Positions 56,230-64,000 of a stretch of 64,000 nt of DNA are shown here, piece by piece. A program made the position numbers and the translations under genes. Under the pieces are notes generated by a model. It did no database searches. It saw only the letters and a program-made list of their open reading frames with translations, and had not been told where the DNA came from. The stretch spans positions 128,001 to 192,000 of the forward strand of contig JAVLKG010000011.1 of NCBI GenBank assembly GCA_032128875.1, in the 5' to 3' direction. The first letter of the stretch is position 1; every line of letters begins with the position of its first letter. Source of the stretch: Candidatus Melainabacteria bacterium 17Bon1m (GTDB taxonomy: Bacteria; Cyanobacteriota; Vampirovibrionia; Obscuribacterales; Obscuribacteraceae).

Positions 56230-56913
56230 CTAGGCGCTGAAGAACATGCAATCGCCGTCTTGACGCTTCGCCATTTCCAAATGTTGCAACGCTTTTTGAA
56301 GCAGAATATTGACGCAATCACCGTCATATGGAGCGCAAGCGGCTCCCACGCTAACTGTGTTGTTTGGACGATTTGTGAATGACTGCGCACGCGCTTGCAT
56401 CTGTCTGCCGATGCGTCTGACTATTTGTAGAGCTGGCGCTTGCGCTGTTTCGGGGCAGACGATGGCGAAGAGATTGTGTTCGATACGTCCTACGAAATCT
56501 GTGTCGCGAGTGTGCTCTTTTAGCAAACTTCCAAGATACGTGATCAGTTCGGCACCCGCCAGTGGTCCATACTTGTCGACAGTTTGGTCGAGATTGTCGA
56601 TACACACCAGTAAGATTGTCACAGGGCGATGGTATCGCTTAGCACGCAAAACCTCATAATTAAGCTTCCATTCAGTGGCAGAACGATTTAGAAGCCCTGT
56701 CTCTCTATCCAAGAGTTGAGGCAAGTTTTTCTCGAGCAGAAAACTTGGATCTGTGTCCCGAATCTCACGCTTCACCTGCTTTGCCTTGACTGGTCTGTGT
56801 GGAAATTGGGATATTTTTTCCGAGGCAACTGCAGTCTTCGGTACCGCAGGAATATTAGTGCCTGTCTTGGCACGAATCCAATTAATAGTTGGCATGACTG
56901 ATGCAGAAAACAT
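56230..56913 (-). CDS. Degenerate GGDEF-domain protein
   Basis: DRETGLLNR, RYHRPVTILLVCIDN, VSVG; EHNLF in place of GGDEF, with RDTD five residues upstream. Confidence 0.85.
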   Translation of the reverse strand: MFSASVMPTINWIRAKTGTNIPAVPKTAVASEKISQFPHRPVKAKQVKREIRDTDPSFLLEKNLPQLLDRETGLLNRSATEWKLNYEVLRAKRYHRPVTILLVCIDNLDQTVDKYGPLAGAELITYLGSLLKEHTRDTDFVGRIEHNLFAIVCPETAQAPALQIVRRIGRQMQARAQSFTNRPNNTVSVGAACAPYDGDCVNILLQKALQHLEMAKRQDGDCMFFSA

Positions 56914-57182
56914 CTTCAACTCTCCGCTGAATGCGAGTTTGTAAATTAGTAAGGAAAAGGTCGGGGGTGAGGAAGCTCACCTTCTACATAATGATGGACG
57001 CCGTCCATAAAGTAAATTCGCAAATCAGCATCCTTGATTAGGCGTACACGAAAACGCGTATAAATCGTTGAAAACACTGATGGATATTCAACAGAAAAGG
57101 ACAAAAGCAATTGCTTTTGTCCTTTTCGTTCGCCCATTAAAGGTCGTAAGTTTTGTCGGTTTCTTTTCGAATCTTCTCTGAC

Positions 57183-57569
57183 TTATTGAGGGATATCCTT
57201 GCTTTGCTTGAGAGCGGCTTTGGCTGCTTCAGCATTGCGATCTACCGTTTTCTTCGATGTTTGTACTTGATCGTCTATGTTTTTCTTTGCAAACTTAGCT
57301 TGGTCTTCAACTCTGTCTTTTCTATCTTCAACAGCGTCCTTTTGTGCTTCCAAGGTTTCTGCGGTCTGTTCTAACGCTTTCTTTTGAGCTTCTGCGTTTT
57401 CACTGACCCTTTCCTTGAGCACGTCTGCGTGCTGTTCTACCTGCTCTTTCTGGATTTTGGCCTGACGATCTATGTCCTTCATGCCCTCAGAAATTTCGGC
57501 TTGTCTTTGGCTGCAACCCACCAACAAAGCAATACTGCTCAGCGCCAAAATCGTTCTTGCATAACGCAT
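57183..57569 (-). CDS. Small helical lipoprotein
   Basis: AGGAG RBS; MRYARTILALSSIALLVGC lipobox; K/E/A/Q-rich amphipathic repeats. Confidence 0.8.
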   Translation of the reverse strand: MRYARTILALSSIALLVGCSQRQAEISEGMKDIDRQAKIQKEQVEQHADVLKERVSENAEAQKKALEQTAETLEAQKDAVEDRKDRVEDQAKFAKKNIDDQVQTSKKTVDRNAEAAKAALKQSKDIPQ

Positions 57570-57613
57570 ACAGTCTTTCTCCTTTTGCCTACCCGCGGGG
57601 TCGCGGACACTGG

Positions 57614-57641
57614 TAAGACATGCAGCGTTAGGAAGAGTTCC
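57614..57641 (-). promoter_or_regulatory. Putative ECF sigma promoter
   Basis: GGAACT-N16-GTCTTA about 45 bp upstream of the lipoprotein start. Confidence 0.5.
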
Positions 57642-57851
57642 CGAAATTATTTTTCGGGGAAACAAAACACAATATTTTTTTCGAAAATGCGCAAAAGGCA
57701 AGGCTCAAACTTGCGTTTGAGCCCCCTTAACTTCCCCATCGGTAAACTCTCTGACGGCTGCCTCTCAGCGATTCACGCGGCACTTCCGTCTCAGTGAATA
57801 GATAATACCGGCCGATATTGGGCAGCAACGTGGCAAACAAAATTCAATAAA

Positions 57852-59354
57852 TCAAAGTTTGGCCAACTCTTCAGAGCGCGCAAAAACACCAGGAATAGTG
57901 AAGTGAAACGTGCTTCCTTTGTCTACTTCTGATGTCACCCAGATTTTGCCATTGTGCAGTTGAACTATCGAGCGGCATATAGAAAGTCCCAAACCCGACC
58001 CCTTAGCCCCTTCAGAGCCTTTTGAATCGCCCTTAACCTGCTGAAAGCGGTCAAAGATCGTCTCCAGCTTATCTTGGGGAATTCCAGTGCCTTGATCTGT
58101 GACTTGTATCTCGACATTGTTGCTGCGTCGATGAGCTGACAACGTTATTTTGTCGCCTGAGCGCGAGTATCTAACTGCATTCGAAACTAAGTTGAATAGG
58201 ACGCGATTGATTTTTTCGGCATCCGCATGTACCACGAAGTCGGTGTCTTCAATGACAAGCTCCATGCCATGCTGGCTTATCCATGGGGCTGTATTTGCCC
58301 GCACATCTTCGAAGAGGTCTCGTACCTCGACGTCGTCGGTACTGAGAGACATCAGACCTGATTTGATTTTTTCGATATCCAGCAGGTCATTTATCAGAAG
58401 CATCATAACTGAGCTGTTACGCTCAGCCAATTTGACGAACTTCTCTCCTTCTTGGTTGAGTTCTCCGAATGCACCCGTAGAAAGTAAATCGAAAAACCCC
58501 TGGATGGTGGTCAGAGGCGAACGCAGGTCGTGTGTGAGCATATTGACCAATTCTTGGCGCTGATTAGCGGTGTTTTCAACGTCACTGGCCATGCGTCTGA
58601 ATGCTTTATCTAGCTCGGCAATCTCGTCGGTCCCTAGGAGCGCCGGCTGCAATTCTTTTCCGGAAGCGAATCGTTTGGCATTGCTGGATATCACAGACAA
58701 ACGTGATGTGATTTCCTTGAAAAGGTAAAAGGCCAAGAAAAAGCTGGCCAGCACATTTAGCGCCATTACCAGCAACGACATTTTTAGAATTCGTTTGCGA
58801 AAGTCCGCCTGGCGGGCACCTTCGGCGTCAGCGAGTTCTTTCTCGTGGGAAGCGACGATTGCCAATTCCTCGGTAATCAATCCCTTATATAGTTCGCGAA
58901 TATGAGACGTCTTGTTATCGTAATCATGGAGCAACTTGTCCATACGCCCGGCTTTCAGGTCGGCTACCGCCTCGTCAAGAATCGATTCCGCTTCATTCAA
59001 ATTATTGAGCGATTTGCGAATCATCGGTTGCAAGTCTGGGCGGTCTGCGGTTATCTGGACGAGCTTGGCGTACTGTTCGCGCAGTTGCGGAAACAATTGC
59101 TTATAGCGCTGATCCAGAAAGCCCTGGTTCAGCCAGCGTTTACGGTTGTTGCTGACGACATTCCAAACTTCAAAAATGGAAGAAACCAATTGATTCAAGC
59201 TGTTGGAAAGCTGCCTTGCTTTCAATGCAGCCCGAGACTCTTTCTCAGCCTCATTTTGAAGATGAAAAATGAATCCTACGAAGCCGAGCTCGAATATTAC
59301 CGGCACGGAAATAAGAATTAGAATCTTTGCCGTCAGCGATAGAGTCCGTCTCAT
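57852..59354 (-). CDS. Membrane sensor histidine kinase (HAMP, no PAS)
   Basis: 2 TM, DEIAELDKAFRRM HAMP, THDLRSPL, NAVRY, DQGTGI, GSGLGL. Confidence 0.95.
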   Translation of the reverse strand: MRRTLSLTAKILILISVPVIFELGFVGFIFHLQNEAEKESRAALKARQLSNSLNQLVSSIFEVWNVVSNNRKRWLNQGFLDQRYKQLFPQLREQYAKLVQITADRPDLQPMIRKSLNNLNEAESILDEAVADLKAGRMDKLLHDYDNKTSHIRELYKGLITEELAIVASHEKELADAEGARQADFRKRILKMSLLVMALNVLASFFLAFYLFKEITSRLSVISSNAKRFASGKELQPALLGTDEIAELDKAFRRMASDVENTANQRQELVNMLTHDLRSPLTTIQGFFDLLSTGAFGELNQEGEKFVKLAERNSSVMMLLINDLLDIEKIKSGLMSLSTDDVEVRDLFEDVRANTAPWISQHGMELVIEDTDFVVHADAEKINRVLFNLVSNAVRYSRSGDKITLSAHRRSNNVEIQVTDQGTGIPQDKLETIFDRFQQVKGDSKGSEGAKGSGLGLSICRSIVQLHNGKIWVTSEVDKGSTFHFTIPGVFARSEELAKL

Positions 59355-59523
59355 CTGGCTCCCGTGCCCAGAAATGCGCTTTGAGCAATATTAGCACCGT
59401 TTCCTGAAAGGGTCACGGCGGCGGCATTTTACTCATTTGAGCGGGCAACGACGTGACTGAGCCATACACCTGCTATATTCTTCTAGGACGGCTCCTCCGT
59501 ACTTTCAGGTTTAGGGCTTAAGC

Positions 59524-60201
59524 GTGGCGAAGATACTACTCGTTGAAGATGACAAAGATCTGTCATTGACGGTGAGCAAATGGTTGGAAGCGCAAAATTA
59601 TGCTGTCGATACCGCATTTGATGGCACAGAAGGCTATGAATATCTGAAACGAGGGCGATATGAAGTCATTGTTTTAGATTGGCAATTACCCGGAATGACT
59701 GGAGTTGAGCTGGCAAGAAAATTCCGGGCTGAAGGCGGAGCCACTCCCATTTTGATGCTAACCGGCAAAGGAAAAGTAGAGGACAAAGAAGAAGGTCTTG
59801 ACGCCGGCGCCGACGATTATTTGACAAAACCTTTTAATATGCGTGAGTTAACAGCACGTATTCGTGCGCTTCTACGGCGCTCTCCCACACCTGCTGGTCA
59901 GAGTTTGAAGGTCGGAGAGATCGAACTGGATCCGCAAAAGCGCTTATTGAAAAAGAACGGTGTCGCAGTGCACGTAGTGCCTAAAGATTTTGCCGTCCTC
60001 GAATTTCTCATGCGTTATCCTGGCGAGGTCTTTAGCGCCGAGGCGCTATTGCAGCGAGTTTGGAGTTTTGATAGCGAAGCGTCTACAGATGCTGTTCGTA
60101 CGTCTGTAAAGCGTTTGCGCAAGGCACTCGATGAAGGTGCCGATGAGAAAAACTCTTGTATAGAGAATGTTCGGACCCTTGGTTATCGTTTGCGCGTTTA
60201 G
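59524..60201 (+). CDS. OmpR/PhoB family response regulator
   Basis: ILLVEDD, LDWQLPG, GADDYLTKPF, wHTH ending VRTLGYRL; divergent from the kinase. Confidence 0.96.
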   Translation: MAKILLVEDDKDLSLTVSKWLEAQNYAVDTAFDGTEGYEYLKRGRYEVIVLDWQLPGMTGVELARKFRAEGGATPILMLTGKGKVEDKEEGLDAGADDYLTKPFNMRELTARIRALLRRSPTPAGQSLKVGEIELDPQKRLLKKNGVAVHVVPKDFAVLEFLMRYPGEVFSAEALLQRVWSFDSEASTDAVRTSVKRLRKALDEGADEKNSCIENVRTLGYRLRV

Positions 60202-60412
60202 TGATAAAAATCGCCGAGGCGGAACGCACGTAAATTCGGCGTCGGTGTTTGTCTTTCAATCTTGTCACTATTTTGTCACTTTTATTGCCGGAAAGCCTAA
60301 GCCTGTGGCTTTTATGGGACTTCTACGAAGCGTGGGAATTCCCCCAGTGACTCGCCGAATCTGCGTCGCTAATATGCGCATAAATCCCCTTGCACGCAAA
60401 ATTGAGGTTCCT

Positions 60413-61330
60413 ATGGGACGCGGAGAAAGAGAAGCCGTCACTGACGGCTCGGGTAGTTCTGCCCAGAATAAAGCAACCGAGCTTTTCCATGACGTAAGCG
60501 GCAGTATTAGCGGTTTTTTCAATCGCAATAAAAAGAAAGTCGAAGAACAGATCAGTAATATCGACACTGATCAGCTCAAAGAACAAGCAGTTCGCGTCGG
60601 CGAGTCTCTCGGGCGAGTAGCACGCGATCAGGCTCAGCAGGAAGTTAATGGTGTGCGTCGCGACGTCGACCAAGCAAGAAAAGGCAACTACGAGCCCCTG
60701 ATTAAACGTGGTATCGAGGTCGGTACCCTTGGTGCCGGTGGCATCGCCGGAGAAGTGGCAAAGCGATTTGGTCTAGGCGACAAGATCACGGAATTTGCCG
60801 AGAAAAAACTTGTGCAAGCAACTCGCGTTGACACTGCTGGTTTTGTCAAAAATTTGGATGAGATGTTCAAAACTGTCGACACCAACGGCGACAATTTCAT
60901 GGACAAATCGGAAATCGAAGCGGCGCAGAAAGACAAGGTTTTTTGGGCGCAGTATGCATTCACTTTCAAATATCTCGGCGACAAATACGACCAGCTGCAA
61001 AATCTCAGTAATGATGAATGGTTTAGCGAAGACAACGGCATCTCTCGCGGTGACGTAAAAGCATTGGCGAAAGCAGTTGAAAGTGGCACCGGATTTGGTG
61101 CGGCCCTAGGTAATGCATTCAACAATACCTGGGATACCAGCTGGCACGCGGGCGTCGCCGGCGGAGCAGCAGGTGTTGGTCATGCCTTTTTGAAGGGTGG
61201 AGCGGGCTCAGTTAGAACCGGTTTGATTGTGGGCGGTATTGCATTTGCCGGCGGTTTGGTTCACGACTCAGCTGACTACCTTCTATTTAGACGTGGAAAG
61301 TTGGAAACAACAATCAAAGATTTGGGTTAA
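60413..61330 (+). CDS. EF-hand protein with a C-terminal glycine-rich hydrophobic region; no signal peptide
   Basis: GAGG RBS before ATG 60413; DTNGDNFMDKSE EF-hand loop; AGVAGGAAGVG...GLIVGGIAFAGG. Confidence 0.78.
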   Translation: MGRGEREAVTDGSGSSAQNKATELFHDVSGSISGFFNRNKKKVEEQISNIDTDQLKEQAVRVGESLGRVARDQAQQEVNGVRRDVDQARKGNYEPLIKRGIEVGTLGAGGIAGEVAKRFGLGDKITEFAEKKLVQATRVDTAGFVKNLDEMFKTVDTNGDNFMDKSEIEAAQKDKVFWAQYAFTFKYLGDKYDQLQNLSNDEWFSEDNGISRGDVKALAKAVESGTGFGAALGNAFNNTWDTSWHAGVAGGAAGVGHAFLKGGAGSVRTGLIVGGIAFAGGLVHDSADYLLFRRGKLETTIKDLG

Positions 61331-61391
61331 CTAGCTGATTGAAAGCCTTTTGGTGGTAAGGTAGTGACGTTTAGGATCGGAAATACCGAAC

Positions 61392-62423
61392 TTGCGCCGC
61401 GCGCCCGCAATCATCTTGGCAATAGTCGCCCTGTTATCTGCTAATGCGGACTACTCCGGCGCAGCCACGCCGAAGACGGCACCCGCCGCTGTTTCTCGCG
61501 ATTTAGAAACAGAGAATAAGGTCGTTCAGGTTTTGGGTTCGTATAACTTGGATGGCTGGAATGCTCAGCCTCTGCAGATCTTTCCGCGAGTAATGACTTC
61601 TGGCGGAGCAGGGGTAAAGCCTGATGTGCAAGCCGCCGACATGCTCCCTGCATATCAATTATTCGGCTTGGAGCCGCAAATTTACGACATACTTGCGGAA
61701 TTCGGCATTCGCAAATGTTGCAGACGAACCTATCAACGCGGGCAGCGTTTTATTCATGCAGTGGTTTACTTTTTCTCCACGCCTGAAGGAGCGTATGGCG
61801 CATACAACTACATGAGGCAAGGTTCTTCGACAATTGTAGTGCGTGGTGCAGGATCGAGCGAGGACGACCAGAGCATCTCGTTTTGGAAAGGACAGAGTTT
61901 TGTTCGCCTATCGCAAACTTCTGAAGAAGATGAAGAGAGCAAAGAAGCCTTGCGCACAATCGCACAAGTAGTTGATTCGACTATTCAGTCCACATCATTA
62001 CCTCCTCTTGTACTAAATCAACTTCCCGTTATAGATCGAGTAAAGGGCACAGAAAAACTTGTGATGGGACCAAATTCCGGACGTAAGTTTTTCCCCGCAC
62101 CGTATGTTGCTTCTCTTTCGCTAGAGCGAGCAAGGGCTGCAGTTACTGCCGACTATAGATTTCAAATGCCACCCGAGCGGCTGAAGCTCTTAGTGATCGA
62201 TTACGGCAATGTTTCGCTCGCTAGCTCAGTCTACGAAAGCTATCGCAACAATATTGATGAAGAGCACGAAGCCAAAAACATAAGTGATGCCAATACTCCG
62301 ACCGGCATTGTCAAACTGGACAATGGTTACATGCTGGTACAGCTGCGGGGGGCGCGTATTTTTGTAATTATGGGCGCGCGCAAAAAAGTTTCACCCATGA
62401 TGCTGGCGCGTCAAATTCCTTAG
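61392..62423 (+). CDS. Secreted hypothetical protein (DUF6599-like, tentative)
   Basis: Signal peptide; FSTPEGAYGAY and SFWKGQSFVRL motifs; family guessed by eye. Confidence 0.7.
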   Translation: MRRAPAIILAIVALLSANADYSGAATPKTAPAAVSRDLETENKVVQVLGSYNLDGWNAQPLQIFPRVMTSGGAGVKPDVQAADMLPAYQLFGLEPQIYDILAEFGIRKCCRRTYQRGQRFIHAVVYFFSTPEGAYGAYNYMRQGSSTIVVRGAGSSEDDQSISFWKGQSFVRLSQTSEEDEESKEALRTIAQVVDSTIQSTSLPPLVLNQLPVIDRVKGTEKLVMGPNSGRKFFPAPYVASLSLERARAAVTADYRFQMPPERLKLLVIDYGNVSLASSVYESYRNNIDEEHEAKNISDANTPTGIVKLDNGYMLVQLRGARIFVIMGARKKVSPMMLARQIP

Positions 62424-62463
62424 TGCCGTTTTCTCTTTGTCTTCATTCTTGACCGCAAAGATA

Positions 62464-62490
62464 AACACCCCCGCTGCAGGCGAGGGTGTT
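62464..62490. terminator. Hairpin between convergent genes
   Basis: AACACCC...GGGTGTT stem with an inner CGC/GCG pair; weak U tract. Confidence 0.45.
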
Positions 62491-62528
62491 CGAGCGATTC
62501 ATTAGACTGAGAGTATCAGAGGGACTGA

Positions 62529-63212
62529 TTAGTCTCTTCTATCTTTCCATTCTTTCTGGTTGAGTTTTTGCTGTCTTTGTTCCAGTTGCTTACGCTCATG
62601 TCTGTCGAGACGACCGTCTGACATCATTTGAGCTTGTTTTGCGTTCAATTGGTTTCTTTGCTTGTTGAGTTGATTTTGTTCTTGAGCTGTTATCCCTGCT
62701 CCTGGCACACCATCGCCTCTGCGATTCCAATTGTTATTCCAATTCCTTGATCTCCAGTTGTTGTACTGGTTCCAGTTGTTTTTGGTGACCCATCTGCCGT
62801 TGTCCCAGTGACCATAGCGCCAGTCATTGTTATTTGGCTTGTAATTTCTGGACCATGACCAAGGATTACTTCCGAGCATTTGACGGTCATTACTTTCTCT
62901 GTATACGTCTTGCGAAAGTTGATCGAGTTGTTGGTCGATCGTTCTTTGATCAGACGGGCTGATACCGTCTCTCGAGAGCTGGAATTTCAGCGCATTGATG
63001 TCGTTGAGACGGTTTTGCAGACGATTTGCTTCGTCCGCTGTCAGGCTTCCGTTGGCTCTACCAGCATTGATACGAGCTTGCTCATTCGTTACCAGTGAAT
63101 TCAAATTCCAGTGTTGGAAGCTTGGCAAATTGAGCCAATTCTGTGCTTGTGCGGGACTTGCAATTGCTGCAACCGTTGCGACCGCGAGCAACGATAGTGC
63201 TAAACGCTTCAT
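62529..63212 (-). CDS. Secreted N/Q/W-rich protein with helical 'G(S/R)L(T/D)xxE' repeats
   Basis: GGAG RBS; signal ending PAQA; EQARINAGRANGSLTADEANRL, DGISPSDQ, GITAQEQ, DGRLDRHER. Confidence 0.8.
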   Translation of the reverse strand: MKRLALSLLAVATVAAIASPAQAQNWLNLPSFQHWNLNSLVTNEQARINAGRANGSLTADEANRLQNRLNDINALKFQLSRDGISPSDQRTIDQQLDQLSQDVYRESNDRQMLGSNPWSWSRNYKPNNNDWRYGHWDNGRWVTKNNWNQYNNWRSRNWNNNWNRRGDGVPGAGITAQEQNQLNKQRNQLNAKQAQMMSDGRLDRHERKQLEQRQQKLNQKEWKDRRD

Positions 63213-63473
63213 ATGTTTTTCTCCAAAGGCAAACCTTGTGTAAATCTACAAGTTCGGACGACAGCATTGCATGATTTGATTCCATGAAGGTCAAAAATCT
63301 ACATTAGCTGATGTTAATCTTGCAAAACACTGATTATCAGTGCTTCCGTGCCAATGCGCCACGCGTGTTCGCTCATCTGAGGTATAGAAAATCGGGGAAC
63401 ATTGCCTATGGCGATTGGCTTGATGTCGGATAATCCCGGCGCAATTATTATTGGTATCCCGGAATTTGAATCT

Positions 63474-64000
63474 ATGTATAGAAAAGCGAGTCACATTGTC
63501 CTGAAAAATTTGACCGCAAGATCTTCTGCGCTCGCTTGTGCTTTCTTCATACTGTTTTCCTTTGCAACCGGGTGTGATGCCAAGGAAAGTGATTCAAGTG
63601 TTGATTTGAAGAAGGCCGAGTTCTACATGCAAAGGCGACTTCCAGATCGCGCGCTACCTTTTCTTGACAGTGTGATTGCTCGAGAGCCGAAGAACACTGG
63701 TGCAATGTTGTTGAAAGCAAATGCGCTGTCGCAAATGAAGAAGTTTCCAGAGGCGCGGTTATTGGTCAACTCGGTACTCCGTCTTGAGCCTCGCAATGTA
63801 AGCGCGCTTGCACTGGGCGCCAACATCAAATTCGCTCAAGGAGAGCCTCGCCAATCAGCAGCAGATATCAAAGAAGTAATTCGACTCGACCCGAAGAACG
63901 CGCCCGCGCGTATCCTGCTCGCGCAGCTGTTTGAGCGTGAGGGTAAACAGAAAGAAGCAATGCGCGAATGCGAAAAGGCGGTTCAGCTGGAGCCAAACAA
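63474..64000 (+). CDS. TPR lipoprotein (5' part; runs off the window)
   Basis: Manual translation MYRKASHIVLKNLTARSSALACAFFILFSFATGC (lipobox-like) followed by TPR helices (REPKN, LEPRN, LDPKN). Start 63474 or 63510. Confidence 0.8.
   Translation, partial: MYRKASHIVLKNLTARSSALACAFFILFSFATGCDAKESDSSVDLKKAEFYMQRRLPDRALPFLDSVIAREPKNTGAMLLKANALSQMKKFPEARLLVNSVLRLEPRNVSALALGANIKFAQGEPRQSAADIKEVIRLDPKNAPARILLAQLFEREGKQKEAMRECEKAVQLEPN

Noticed and set aside
56946..57137. 63-aa ORF upstream of the GGDEF gene
   Set aside because: No recognisable motif or clear RBS; cannot be distinguished from a non-coding leader.
63226..63265. c-di-GMP-I riboswitch-like GGCAAAC...GGACG
   Set aside because: It lacks the GAAA tetraloop and the following GCAAA/P3 elements, and it overlaps the RBS region of the opposite-strand gene.
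1..64000. tRNA/rRNA genes, prophage, transposases, defence systems
   Set aside because: No cloverleaf or rRNA-like segments and no integrase, transposase, phage or nuclease motifs were seen by eye. The mazG here is the housekeeping two-domain type, and the CPBP protease sits in the truB operon.

Overview
A 64 kb chromosomal window that is mostly housekeeping. It most likely comes from a non-photosynthetic member of the Cyanobacteriota (Vampirovibrionia/Melainabacteria, Obscuribacterales-like). This is an inference from a cyanobacterial-type MurJ motif, many signal-peptide TPR proteins, paralogous HAMP/PAS kinases and EF-hand orphans. Core content: dxr (partial), thrS, mnmE, HU, the rimP-nusA-ylxR-infB-rbfA-truB operon, ybeY-dgkA, an iron-chelate/B12-type ABC permease plus ATPase, a cysteine desulfurase, an aldehyde dehydrogenase, a 5'-nucleotidase, a rearranged dcw fragment (rsmH-ftsL-ftsI-murJ, no mraZ), dppA, dapF-ftsQ, mazG, ugd-uxs, a GntR regulator, and three histidine kinases with an OmpR regulator and a degenerate GGDEF protein. 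I found no tRNA, rRNA, CRISPR array, transposase or phage genes. The most interesting signals are: (1) two unlinked signal-peptide-less EF-hand orphans (one with LysM, one with a glycine-zipper tail) sharing an unrecognised ~30-aa motif; (2) a ~190-bp multi-hairpin element bounded by two related palindromes downstream of an HU gene with a histone-H1-like tail; (3) an rsmH frame with no canonical start codon upstream of its conserved N-terminal motif, directly in frame with the stop of the upstream gene; (4) a Y/N/D/R/G-rich prion-like protein with an internal duplication; (5) a head-to-head overlap of two signal-peptide-encoding 5' ends; (6) an 18-bp G-run tandem repeat derived from a REP-like hairpin. 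All calls were made by eye; no database searches were run.
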